From NCBI GenBank assembly GCA_013265495.1, contig MU058198.1:5781779-5845778 (forward strand): a stretch of 64,000 bases of DNA, read 5' to 3'. The notes beneath the pieces were generated by a model. It was not told where the DNA came from. It was given only the letters and a program-made list of their open reading frames with translations, and made no database searches. The stretch comes from Vicugna vicugna. Lineage: Eukaryota. Every line of letters begins with the position of its first letter. Position 1 is the first letter of the stretch. Below are positions 36,340 to 48,880 of this stretch, piece after piece. The translations under genes were made by a program, and so were the position numbers.

Positions 36340-39300
36340 GTGATACAGACAGGCTGTTAAACCAGATCAAAAACTTGTCAAATGACTAATGAATAAAATC
36401 TAGCTATATGATATAGAAGTTACCACTAAAACATAAGAATGCCAAAAAATTCAAAGGACAGAAAAATATATACTCTGCTAACTAACCAAAAGCAATCTGG
36501 TGTGGCTATTTTAATATGACACAAAGTAGACTTTCAGGCAGAAGCATTACTAGAGATAAAGAAGGTCCCTATAAAAGGATAAAAAGGTTCAATTCCAAAG
36601 AAGATATGATCATTTTAAGTGTTTTGGGCATCCAATAACAGGGCCTCAAAACAGTTAAGGCAAAAACCATCAGAATTACAAAAACAAACATACAAACCCA
36701 TAACCACAGTGGGAGATTTTAACACAGCCCTCTCAATAACTGGTAAAATGAACCCAAAAAATCTGTAAGTTTAGAGAAGACATGTAAAACACAGCAAAAA
36801 GTTTAATCCAATGGACATGCATAAAACATTGCAGCCAACAGCTACAGAATCTAGAAAACTTCAAGCATACCCAAAATAATCTTTCAAATTGCCATGTGTG
36901 GGCCACAAAGCAAGTCTTAGCAAACTGTGAAGGACTGGTCTCATACAGAACATGTTCTCTGACTGCAATACAGTAAAGGTGGAAACCAGAAACAAAAAGA
37001 AAACTAGAAAAACTGCTTAGAATTTAAGAAACACACTCCTAAGTAACACATTATCAAAGAGGAATTATTAATGGAAATTAGAAAATATTTTGAACTGAAA
37101 ATAGCAAAATATTACCCATAGAAACTAGTGGGAGGCAACTAAAGCAGTAGAGAGAAACAGACTTAAATGTTTATATATTGGGGGGCATGAAAATTAATGA
37201 GTTAGACATCCATCTAAAGAAGCTATAAAAATAATAACAGCAAATTAAGTCCAAAGAAAGTTAAAGAAAGAAAATAATAAAGACCAGAAACCAATGAAAT
37301 AGAAAATAAGTGTATATCTGAAAAGATCAGTGAAACCAAAATAATTCTTTGAAAAAACTTAATATAAGTGATGAGCCTCTGGAAGATTTTCCGAGAAAGC
37401 TTATATATAACCAATATTTGAAATGAAAAAGGGAAACAAATTGAAGATACAAACATTTTAAAAAGACAGACCACTTAAAATTATCTGACATTTTACATAT
37501 GTACGAAGTCACAGGAAATTCATTAAAAACTGACAAAAAATTATTTAAAAACCTGAACAATTTTGTAACAGTTATTAAAGACTTTTTATGAGGAATTTAT
37601 CTTTCCCTGAAGAAAATTTCAAGTACCAATGGATTTATCAAGAAGTTCTACCAAGCATTCTAGAAATTGTTTCAAATGTTACACAAACTATCCCAAAGCC
37701 AGAAAAAGAGCAAACCATCCCCAAATCATCTGATAAGGCTGACATAAGTTGCGCACTGAAACCAAACAAAGGAACATGAAAATCTCATATCTTTCATGAC
37801 CATAGCTGCAACAGTCCTAAGCAAAATGTTAACAAATCAAATCTAGCAGTGTAAAAAGGACAATATATTGTGATCTAGTTGGGTTTATCCCAGCAATGGT
37901 TTAACATCTGAAAATCAATCAAATATCGTATGTCAGTAATATCTCAGTAAAGCTGGGGGCAAAAAAAGAAAACCAAACAATGCTGAGCCACCACACTGAC
38001 AGAGCCACCACATTTTAATAGAAAAAAGGAGAAAAGGCATATAATCATCTTGACCAAATGCAGAAAATATAACTGATAAAATTCAACATTTGTTCATACT
38101 AAAAACTTTTTAATTAACTTGGAATCAAAGGAAACCCCCTTTTTCTACTAAATGACATCTACAAAACCCCACAGCAAATACTTAAGGATGAAATGTTAAA
38201 AAGTAATCACTTTAAAATCCAAACGGATCCAATGCAACTGAATCAATGTAATCCCAAGCAAAATCCTAACAGGCTCTGTGCACATGTCCGTGTGTGATCT
38301 GACAAGACGGTTCTAAAATTCACATGGAAAACGTAAAGGCAAAATGGCAAAAACATTTTTGGAGATGATAAAGGCAGGACTGTCCTATCAGGTACCAAGA
38401 CTTATACAGCTAGAGTAACAAATAAAATGTGATAATGGTGCAGAAATGGACACATAAGACCAACCGAACAGAACAGGCAACTAAGAAATAGATACGTCTG
38501 CATATATGGACACCTGATATGCTGGAGAAATGGAACTCCAGATCAAAGCAGACTTTCCAGTTTAAGGTGCCAGAACAACCCCTTATCCATATGTGAAAAA
38601 ATTAAAATAATAAAAATAAAACTAGACCCTTACTTCACACTATGCACAAAAATCAATTCTTGAGGATTAGGGTCATAAGAAAAGAAACATAAAACTTAAA
38701 GAAAACAATATAGGAGTCTATCTTTATGACCCAAAGGTAGGGAAGGATTTTTTCAAAAGATATGAAAAGTATAAATCACAGAAGAATACACTGGCAAATT
38801 CGACTTTGTTAAAATTAAGAACCTCCGCTCACCAAAAACACAGAATGTGGGGGAGAGAGACAGACAGAGAGACAGAGAGAGAGGACAAGCTCAAACTGGA
38901 AGGTATTTGAAACACATTTAAGCCACAAAAGATTCATATTCAGAACATATAAAGAACTCTTACGTAAATCGGTTAAGGGGAAGACCACTGTAAGAGATAA
39001 AAGAGCAAGAGAAATTTTACCAAGAGAATGCACAAATGATTAATAAGTACATAAAGAGATGCTCAATCTCAATGTCATCAAGCAAATAAGTATTAAAACC
39101 ATAGTGATTAATGTCTCACCCATCGTCAGAGAGGCATAAATTCTTAAGAATGGCTGAGGCTGAAACTCACCAACTGCTGGTAGAGCATAAGCCCTTATAA
39201 TCACTTCAGACAATGGTTTGATATTACTAGCAACTCTGGATATCCCCAGAAATCCACTATTAGGTATACACCTCACAGAAACTTCCACATTTACCCCCAA

Positions 39301-39800
39301 GAAATGTGTTTACAACGCACGATGTAATAGCAAAAATCTGGCAACAGTTTAAGTACCAACCAACTGAAGATCACCTACGTAAAGAATTTCTAATCATATC
39401 ACAGAATTCAAAACAGTAATGAAGTAGAGTACTCACAGAAACATGGATGCATCTCCTAAGTGTAATGTTACGTGCGAAAATCAAGTCACACAAAATGTAT
39501 GTTCAGAGTCCCACTTGTATAAAATCCAAAAACTAGCAAAACTGTGCACTGCATTCATGAGATACAAAGATAGTAAAAAGTACAAAGAAAAACAAGGGAA
39601 TGAGTAACACAACATTCAGAGCAGGGGTTATCTTTTGGGAAGGTCTGAAGGGATTCAATGGAGGCTTTGAGAATACAATAATGTTCTATTTCTTAACTTG
39701 GTGGTGGGTAGATGGGTATCCATTGTATTTTGGTCCTTTAAATTTACATCACACATTTTTAACAGGTGTGTTACTTAATTTTAAAAAAAGAAAAAAATAA
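36340..39800 (+). mobile_element. Old decayed L1 (L1M-type), ORF2 endonuclease through 3' end, antisense to NSMCE1 intron 1
   Basis: A-rich strand; EN-like aaccaaaagcaatctggtgtggctattttaatatgacacaaagtagactttc; RT-like remnants (ORF 37588-37779); many frameshifts. Confidence 0.85.
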
Positions 39801-40249
39801 TGTAAATATGTTAGGTAACAGCCAAAATAAATGCTAATGAAAAGAACCAGGAACAGAATAGTATAGACTGCTATGGATTAAAGAAAAGGGGTGGGAAAAT
39901 GAGGGTGAAAGATATATAGGACTGTTTATGCACAGAAGTTAGTTGTCTCTGTGAAGGGGGGGAAATTAACCATGGACATGTATCACCTACCCAAGTAATT
40001 TAAAAATAGAAATGTTTGTGGAATAAGCAAATTTTAAACATCACCATCTGTGCCAAGTGCTAGATGTGTACCTGAACCTTATGAGGAAAGCATTACTGAC
40101 CCCATTTTACAGATAAGGAAACTGAGGGTGAGAGGGCACAAGGTGGCAGAGTTAGTGATGAAGACAGGGAGTGAGGGTCCAAAAGCGTATTTCAGGAACT
40201 GTGGCAACCTTAGTCCAAATAAGCGAGACATATGCGTTAACAATAAAAT

Positions 40250-40558
40250 TATGATCCAGGTCCCTCATTTGCAATTCTCAAATCTAAAAAGTTCTCAAAG
40301 TCAAATATTTTAAGTTTGAACACCTGATCTGACCTAAGGTGAGACTATTTATGGTTGCTGCCTACCCGCTTGGTGTCAACATGCATATATTTAGCTGTGG
40401 AAATAGTATGTGATTACAGGACGCTGCCCCAGACCCCCCCAGAAGGTTCTACAGAACACTGAATATATGGACCATATTACCTTTCAAAAATTCGAGAAAT
40501 TCGGTATTCTGAATACATCTAGCCTCAGGGCTTTAAAATAAGGGGCTGCGGATTTGTA
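40250..40558 (-). mobile_element. MER46C-like TcMar-Tigger element
   Basis: The reverse complement begins tacaaatccgcagccccttatt...gatgtattcagaatacc gaattt...gaaaggtaatatggt, as in the MER46C consensus. Confidence 0.55.
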
Positions 40559-40789
40559 CAAAAGTTCTGTACCCAAAACAGAGGGGGAAGCAGAGAGAAC
40601 GGCAAGGACTGAGAGGGTGGTCAAAGAAGGCCGTATTTTACGTATTCAGTTTAGGCAGAATTTTGTTATTTTGATTTTTCAACTAATATTATGATTTTTC
40701 AACTAAAGTATTTTTCACCCACTATTACGATTTTAAAACGTCTGTCTGTGTGCGAGGGGCCAGGATCCGGTCTGCATGCCTCTGCTGCC

Positions 40790-41345
40790 CCTCTAGGGGC
40801 CTCAGTTTCCCCATCAGGAATTGAGAAGCCCCAGCCCCCGAGCCCCTGGCGCCACACTGCGACACACCAGGCGGGCTATCCCCGGGGCCTTACCCCTCCA
40901 CCTCCGTCCGCCCCTCGCCTTCCTGGACGGCCCTCTGCCTTCCCCGTCAGCCTCGCTCCCCCGCGGCCCGGATTACCCACCACGGCGCCCAAGCGTAGCC
41001 CACACTGCCGACGGCGATGGCAGAAAGGCGGGCTCGGCCTCACCTTTAGGGCGGGGCGAACCCGGACACGGCGCTCCATTGGTGGAAATTGCAGATTCGT
41101 CCCTCCCACCGAGTGACGCACTTCCTGCTCGCCCGCCCGCCCGCGCCGTTGCCATGGTGCCGTAGGATCCTTCAGTTAGTTCCCAAGTTAGTGCATCCCA
41201 CGCGGCTCTGGGTGTTTTACGGGAAAGGGCGTCCACTTTTCGTCCTCCGCCTCTCTCCCCACAGGTGACACCCCGCGACCCAAGAGGAGGAAGAGCAGGA
41301 GTGCAGCGTGCCCCTCTCAATGGCCGCGATTCTGTGGGCACGGAT
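40790..41345. promoter_or_regulatory. NSMCE1: CpG-island promoter of NSMCE1 (TATA-less, possibly bidirectional)
   Basis: Dense CpG/GC. GC box GGGCGGGG (41049-41056), CCAAT on - (41078-41082), CRE-half/ETS composite GTGACGCACTTCCTG (41113-41127), RFX X-box half-site GTTGCCATGG (41148-41157). Confidence 0.85.
41044..41125 (-). other. NSMCE1: NSMCE1 non-coding exon 1 (3' boundary at 41044; TSS uncertain)
   Basis: Strong donor AAG|GTGAGG at 41043 inside the only clear CpG island upstream of exon 2. The upstream boundary is a guess. Confidence 0.7.
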
Positions 41346-41914
41346 TAGTTAGTGTCCTGTCCCGGGCCTCAATTTCCCCACCTGTAGAACTGATTGTGTG
41401 GCGTCAAGGTCAAGAACTTGAGCCTAGCCTGAGCTAGAATCATGGCTCTACCGTTTAACTAGTTGCCAGATCTTGGGCAAGTCACTTAGCTGCGCCCAGC
41501 CTGTTTTTTCTTCTGTCAAATGGGGATATAGTCTTTATGAAATAATGTGTTTGTGAGGTTTAAAAGAGAGAACGCACGAGGAAGGGCTGATTAAATGTTA
41601 GTTCCTGCCTTACCTGGGCATTGTTGTGAGAAGTAAATGAAGTTTTTAACAAGAGTGAATGGACTGTCTTCAGTCTCCGGGGCACTCATTTTAAAAACGT
41701 ACTCCTGTCCCCAGTCTGAGAGCTGGTCATGCAGTCTAGCAGGGTCAACAGGTAACAGATAACTAATTATAGACCAGTAGGAGTGCGAGAATCTATCTGT
41801 GTGATGACAGCTTCATGCCCCTACTTGGCAGGTTGCCACTCCTGTGATCTTGGACAACTTCTCAATCTCTCTGGACTTCAGTTTCCTCATCTGCTGAAGG
41901 GGGAGGGGGGAGAA

Positions 41915-42165
41915 AGCAGAGTGTAGTGGTTAATAGCTTGAGTTCCATAGCTGAACCATCTGGATTTGAATCCTGGTTCTTAAACTCAATCTCTGAGACC
42001 CAGGACAAAGTACTGAAGCTCTCCACCTCAGTTTGCCTGTCTAGAAAGCAGGGATTATATTAGCACTTTGTTGATAGGATTGTTGTGAAGATTAAATGAG
42101 GTAATACATGTGAACCACTTAGAAGAGTGTCTGGCACATAGTAAACCCTCAATAAATGTGAAATT
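41915..42165 (+). mobile_element. MIR SINE (further MIR pieces at ~34700-34885, 41400-41640, 61660-61850, 62715-62890)
   Basis: gtagtggttaatagc...tttgaatcctgg...cctcagtttg...gttgtgaagattaaatgag...tggcacatagtaaaccctcaataaatg. Confidence 0.8.
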
Positions 42166-43759
42166 CCATCATTAATAAAGTATTTTATAAATTGCCTTGG
42201 AGCAATCGAATAAGAAAAGAACAGCCTCTGTACAGTTTTGGCAAAGTTTCAACTCATAATCTATATTTAAAGTTGAGGTATTTCACAGAAAACCCCAGGA
42301 TATCTGACAGCTCTTGAAAAATGGGGCAATGTGGTGACAATAAGCCAGCATTCTCCTATGGCAGTGCATGTTCAGAGCTTGGTAGAGACTCCACCACTTT
42401 GTAATGAATCATTTGCTTTCCTGGTGTGTGGAGAAATACGGAGAACCACAAACCTAGAAAACACTGGGGACATTTCAGGATCAAAGGGCCAAGAAAAAAG
42501 GTAGAGAAGTGATTCAATACTGAGTGGTATCAGGGGCAAATAGGGTAGGAGAGGGTTTGGAGAAGCAGGCCATGATCGGGATTGTCAGTGCTCTGGAGAG
42601 GTCAAGAAAGATGTGACACCAATTTAGAATTTGATGGCCAACAGGAGCCATAGAGAGAGAAGGAGGCTAAATCGACCTCTAAGCGGAGTAGATGCATGGA
42701 AGCTGAGGGAGTGCTGACTACTTTTAGGCAGGGTGCTTTGGGAAGGGGAGACTTGAGAGCAGAGGGAAAAAAATAGAATAAAAACAGGGGAGACTGGAGA
42801 GGATAGGGTCAAGGATATGGAGGTAGGATTACTCTTACCCTAGAGAGGAGGAGAAACCCATGAACTCTGAAACAGGAGGAAAGGAGGTGAAGGTGGCTAG
42901 TTAAAGGCTCACCCTGATGTTTTCTACTTTCTTCATAAATTAGCAAATCATTCTGCTGAGTAAAGGGGCTGGGGAGATGCTCGGGGATTTGAGGAGCATC
43001 GAAAGGTTTAGAACACATGCCAAAGGGAATGCAAGAGTGAGGTTCCAGCTAAGGTTGAAACAATGAGTGTGTAGAGAAGACAGTCACTCATCTGATTCCC
43101 GTCACCACCCAACCACCTCCCATCCCCATGTCAGGGGCCTCAGAACAGAAGCTCAGTGTGGATTCATCCTGGGGTGGATCTTGGTTGGGGATATGCAGCT
43201 GACTCTAAAAACCAAAGCAGCTGGAGGGTGTGGGTGGGAGGGCCTTTGAAATGATCCACCATGGGGTGGGCAGGGCAGAGGTAGGAAGGAGGGGAGATGC
43301 TGATAAATTGTCATGGAGGGTACCACATCCAGAGGTCTCAGGGAGGTGGATTGGGTTCAGTAGGAGTAAGCAGTGATTAAGGATTAGAGTTCATGATGAA
43401 GAAGTGACCCACCACAGGGTGTCTGTCCCCTCTCAGCATGATTCCACCCCCCTAGAAGACAGCCCATTCTCTAGTTGTCACCGTGAGTATCTATCAGGAC
43501 CTTTGAGGTGCCAGACTGGATGCCACAGGACAACTCTGACAGTTCAAGTGTTCTTCTGAAAGTTGACCCTAAAAGGTACAAGAGCTACATGTACATAAAT
43601 GTGTTGTACATAAGGGAGGTGGCTAAGGTCATGGCTAAAGAGGAAGAACTGAGGCCAAGTCATAGGCTAAGGTGGTCAGTCTTTAACCTGAAGACGGTAG
43701 CAGCTATCAGAAAGATCAGGTTTGTATTTTAGACAAAGAACGTTGGCACATCTGTTTTT

Positions 43760-45660
43760 TTTTTCAAACAGTTGAAACGTTCATAGAAACTGACTACATA
43801 CCGGCCACAAAGGAAGCCTCAGTAAATTCCAAAGAATCTGTAGACTGCATTCACAAACCACAATGAAGTACAATTAAAAATCAACAAAAAGAGGGCCAGA
43901 AAGATACCCATACAACTCATAGAATATACCTTACATTAGTAACTGCACTTTCTTCTGAGGAGGGGGCCGGGAAGATAGGAGAATTTGGTTTTTATCCTGT
44001 ATATTTATTACTTATGAAAAATAAAATGGAAAATTAATCAGCCTACCTTTGAGCTTTATTTTGTAAGTTGGGCATTCAATATATTAATTTTTATACCTCT
44101 GTATGTTGAAAGACTTTATATCTTTAAAAGCTAAAGAACATACTTTTGGAAACTGCAAAATACACACAGCTTGAAAAGAAAACCAACACAGAAATTACAT
44201 AATATTTAGAAATTAATGACAATAAAAGCCTGACATAAAACTTGTGGGATCCAACTCAAACAATAATTAGAGGGGGATTTATAGTCTTAAGAAGTGTACT
44301 TATTACAAAGCAAGGAAACAAAATTTAAGTGTTCAATTTAAAAGGTAGAAAAATAAGAGAAAATAGAAGGAAGGAAATAATGAAAAAAAGCAAAAAGAAG
44401 AGTAAAATGAAAAACAAAACAAAAAGAAGTTGATTGTGGAAACCAAAAGTCTGTGTTCTGTTAAAGACAAATAAAATAAACAACCTTCTTATAAGATTGA
44501 TCAAGAAAATGACACAGATAGCAATATTATAAACAGCAAAAAAGACATACCAGTTAGAGTTAAAAACGATAGACAATATAAGAGTATACTGTGAACAACT
44601 TTATGCCAATACATTTGAAAATCTAGATAAAAGGGGCAATTTTTGACAAAAATACAAATCATAAATCTTGGCCCCAAAAGAAGAGAAGTAAACCAATAAT
44701 CACCAATAAAATTGTAAACGTGGTCAGTCAGATCGACTCCAACTTCCAAAATGCTTGGACCGAAAGAGTTTTCCTGCTTGATGCATATACAAAGAATGCA
44801 AAAAAACAAAACTATTATGCAAACTACACCAGAATGTGGACAAGATGAGTAGTTTATCCAACACATTCCATGAGGCTGGTCTAATCTTGACACCAAAACA
44901 AGAACAGCAGGATTAAAGAGAATTTCAGCTCCGGCTATATTACAAACATGAATGCAAAAACTGAATCTCCCGGTGTATCTTCCAGAAGAGGAAATTCAAG
45001 TGGCTGAAAAAGGTGTAGAAAGATGTTCAACTTTAGTATTAGTTGAAAATAAAAGCAAAAAGATACCATTTTTCTCCCATAAAAATGACAAAATGTTGCC
45101 AAGGGTGAGAGGAGACTGGTATTGCCATACGTCTATGGTGGAGTTGTAAATATTACAGCCTCTCTGGAGAACAATCTGGTGTTATTGAAATTGAAAAAGT
45201 TCATCTAGCAACTCCACTTTTAGGAGTTTAAGTGGGGAAAACTGTCCTTGTTCTCTTGAGAAGGTTTACTGTCACAGGGTTGGCAAGAGAGGGAAAACTG
45301 GAAACATCTTTAATAGGGAAATGAAAAAACAAAATATTCATGTACAACAGATAATTGTGTAATATTAAAAGGGATAAATTAACTCACGAGAATCTCTGTG
45401 GATGAATCTTGATAGAATGGAGTTAGGGGAAAAGCAAGATAAACAAACGATAATGCAGGTTAACCACATATGCAAAATTGGTGAAATGCATCATGGGAGT
45501 ATTTTATATTTTCAATAGATAAATAAATGCATATAAAAATATTTTCTATTTAAGGGTTGGAAATCTTGTCACAAAAGACTAGACGACCTTGAGAAAGAGG
45601 GGAAGGGGATTGGAATAAGGGTAGAAATAAAGAAACCTTGAGGTTTATCTGCAATATACT
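43760..45660 (+). mobile_element. Old L1 ORF2/3' fragments
   Basis: ggccacaaaggaagcctcagtaaattccaaag, aacttgtgggat, actttatgccaatacatttgaaaatctagat motifs typical of L1 ORF2. Confidence 0.8.
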
Positions 45661-45685
45661 AATTTTAAAATGAAATCATAAAACC

Positions 45686-45810
45686 TTATAGTGAAAAAGT
45701 ATATGAAAACAAATATATGTATGTGCGTGTATGACTGAAGCATTATGCTGCACACCAAAAATTGGCACAATATTGTAAACTGACTATACTTCAATAAAAA
45801 TATTTTTAAA
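45686..45810 (+). mobile_element. 5'-truncated young L1 3' end
   Basis: L1 tail ...atgactgaagcattatgctgcacacc...gactatacttcaataaa; exact TSD aaatcataaaacc at 45673-45685 and 45811-45823. Confidence 0.85.
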
Positions 45811-47634
45811 AAATCATAAAACCATATATTCATATAATGTTTGTATAACTTTCCAAACATTAACTTTAAAAGGGGGGATAAAGATAAATGTGCCAAAATG
45901 TTAACAGTGAGTTAATGTTGGATGGTGGGACAATAGATGGCTGTCCTTTTTTTTCACTTTCACTTTTCTGTGTTTTTTTTTTTAACTTCCAGTAGGAAGA
46001 ATGAAAATATGAAAAAGAATGAAAGTCATATTTCTTACTTAAAAAAAAACACATAGCAATAAACAGAAGAGAAAAGAAAGGTCCAATCCTTTTCATTTTT
46101 TTCATGATTGTCTTGTTTAGCTTCCATGTTCTCACATAATTTGGGGTTCATTATGTTTAGTTTGATCCGGTGGAAGTGATGGGTATGAACTGGTGGAGCA
46201 GAAAGAGAAAGTGATTTCCCTGTACTCATCCCTCATCTTAGAGTGATGAAGACAGGCCCTGAAAGTCAGTTTTAAAAACGATCCCTGTTTAGAGTCCGAG
46301 GAAGACTTGGACACTCAACTGAGAAATACACACGCCACTAGAAGCAGGGTAGACTGTTCCATCTTTGTAAAGGGCCATTTGGGCGTTGCCACCCAGAGCC
46401 TAGACATACCATATTCTTTGACCTTGTAATTTCACTTCTGGGAATCTCTCTGAGGAAATAATCAGAGACACACACAAAAGTTAATGTACAAAGACGTGCA
46501 TCATAGCCTTAATTCCATTAGGGGAACATGGCAACGATTTAAATGTCTACTTAAAAAGGAGAATGGTTGGCATAAGTTAAAATCCAGCAGAACATTATGT
46601 AGCCTGAAAATCATGTTTGCAAAGAATACTTTCAGTCAGACAAAAAAACATAACGCAAAATATTTTAGGAGACAGAGACTAAAACTAGAAAGCTAGAAGA
46701 ATATATACTCACATATTATTGATGGATACCCTTGATGGGGGGGGGATTATAGGTCAAGTTTTTTTCTTGTCACTTTCTCATATTTTCCAACTTTTCTCCA
46801 AAAGCATGTCTTATTTTATATTCAGAAGAACTATTATTTTTCAAAATAAATTGAGTCCATGTGATCATAAAGATTTTAGATATAATGAAATTGACACCGT
46901 AAAAAAAATTGGATACAGTTGCAGTCATATTTATCCAGAATCATCAGAGGATTATTATACAGAAGGGAATTTTCATTACAACTAGATTATCCCTTTAAGC
47001 AATAACATTTTTTAAAGTTTTTCTATTTCTGTATCAACAGTTCTAAAACACTTAATTGCTCTCTTAAGCAAACAATGACTTTTCTTGGTGAGTATAAGGT
47101 CTTTGTGGACAATTACTACTCTTTGAGCTTTTTGCCTTTGCATGGAATACCCTGAGTTTTTAATTGTAACATCAGTTTTTTTTTTTATGGTATTTCCACT
47201 TCCCTCTCTCAAGCTTCCAGCAGTCCTAATCTCTTCTTATAATTGTCTTCTTTTAGTGTCCCCTGGCCTAAGCAAATAAATGACCAGTCTCATTAGAAAA
47301 GTGGCAAAAAGAAATCATAAAGCTAAATATGAATCAAGAGCACACATTTTAGTGTATAGGGTTTGTTACACCTATTTTCACTTCTCCAGCCTCTGTTCTG
47401 CCTCCTTCTGTGTTCTCAACTGTTTTCTAAAGAGTGAAATTACCAGAGAAGTGATTTCCAGATAAGATGCAAGGTCACAGTGATTTCCTATCTGACTTAA
47501 AAAGAAAACTTATCAGAGGTTGAATTCAGGGCAAGCTGATCACAACCTCAAATTTAGTGCGGACCCAAGTGGGCCATTTAAGAGCTCCTGAATTACAGTG
47601 ACTGTTCTGCTCATGTAAGGGGCATTCTACACTC

Positions 47635-47801
47635 GCTTGTCCAAGGATGGTCCATGGCCTAGCAGCGTGGGCATCACCTGGGAGCTTGTGAGACATCCCA
47701 CAGGATAAGACTGAGCCCGGCCCTGACCTACTGGAGCAGAGTCTGCATTTTGGCAAGATCCCCAGCTGAATCAATCACATGTCAAAGTTTGAGAAGGACT
47801 G
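47635..47801. mobile_element. MER5A-like hAT element
   Basis: gcatcacctgggagcttgtgaga...gacctactg...agagtctgcatttt..caagatcccc...aagtttgagaa. Similar fragments at ~15400-15760 and ~35470-35620. Confidence 0.7.
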
Positions 47802-48780
47802 ATTTAAATTTATTCACATGTCCCATGTCCCACGTTCTTTAAGGTTATTCTAACAAAAGCATTTTCTCTCTTTTCTCTCTTGCTCTTTTATTTTTCCAAA
47901 GCTAATGGCAGAATGGTATAGTCTTAGCCTTCTCAGAAAGGCACAGCATACATGGTTCAAACAGTAAATCTCTGGTGGCCATCAGAACTTTGGCAGGGGT
48001 TCCATTACATCTGTCAGCCAATTTGGGCTTTTAGCTGTTTCATAAGTTTATAATACCTGGACATCCACATTGGACTACATATACTTATAAGTTTACACAC
48101 ACATTTTTTTTACCAATATAACATATGTTATTGGGAGCAGGTTGTAAATCGCTTTCACTTTACATGTGTTTCTTTTAGAATGAACAGAAGCAGAGAATTC
48201 CCTACTCTCCATGGTTCTTCTTCATTGGTTCAGCAGCTTCCCCAACTTTTTAATTTTTTCAGATTTGAAAAGTATGAATAGTTCCAAATTGCTGCTTCTC
48301 TCTTTGTCTGCAGTATGATGTTGAACATCAGGACAGAGGGAGGGTGGGGATGGGGAGATGAAAAACTAAGAACCCTACATACAGCATCCATCACGAGTTA
48401 GGAGCTTAGAGAACATTATTTTTGTTCCAGTGTTTCAAAAGTGTCTTATTCTTTGGCATTTAATAAAATTTTTTGAAGTTTTAACAACCAATTATAATAT
48501 GATTGAAAACATGTATTTGTAGCCACCATCAACATAGAAATAGAGGTATAATCATATTTTAAATCTCTTAATTAAAACTCACTTGACAATGGATTTGGGA
48601 ATCAAGGTTGAAAAGAAAGTGTCTAGTTGACTCATCAAATTTTTCATTTTCATTCAACTTTTGCATTCATCTTAATAGTTATTGAGATCCTTATATGTGT
48701 TAAGCAGTCTGGTAGGATGCAAAGATGAAATCTGAGTAGTTCCTACAGTCAGGTTGATTTTAAAAAGAAAATAAGAGAAG

Positions 48781-48880
48781 GGGGAAGGTAATGGCTCAGT
48801 GGTAGAGTGCATGCTTAGCATGCACGAGGTCCTGGTTCTATCCCCAGTACCTCCATTAAAAATAATAATAAATAAATAAA
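48781..48880 (+). mobile_element. tRNA-Ala-derived SINE (vic-1-like)
   Basis: Same head sequence followed by an (AAT/AAAT)n tail. Confidence 0.88.

Noticed and set aside
12597..46444. Isolated TTCN3GAA sites (12597, 22924, 46436) and weaker CTCF-like words (~1192, ~54583, ~61155)
   Set aside because: Roughly 16 TTCN3GAA matches are expected by chance in 64 kb (64000/4^6), and these CTCF-like words mismatch core positions.
48781..48855. Apparent tRNA-Ala(AGC) gene (also at 31520, 50498, 56248)
   Set aside because: Extra bases in the acceptor/D region, a damaged T-loop in this copy, A-rich tails, target-site duplications and multiple diverged copies indicate SINEs, not tRNA genes.
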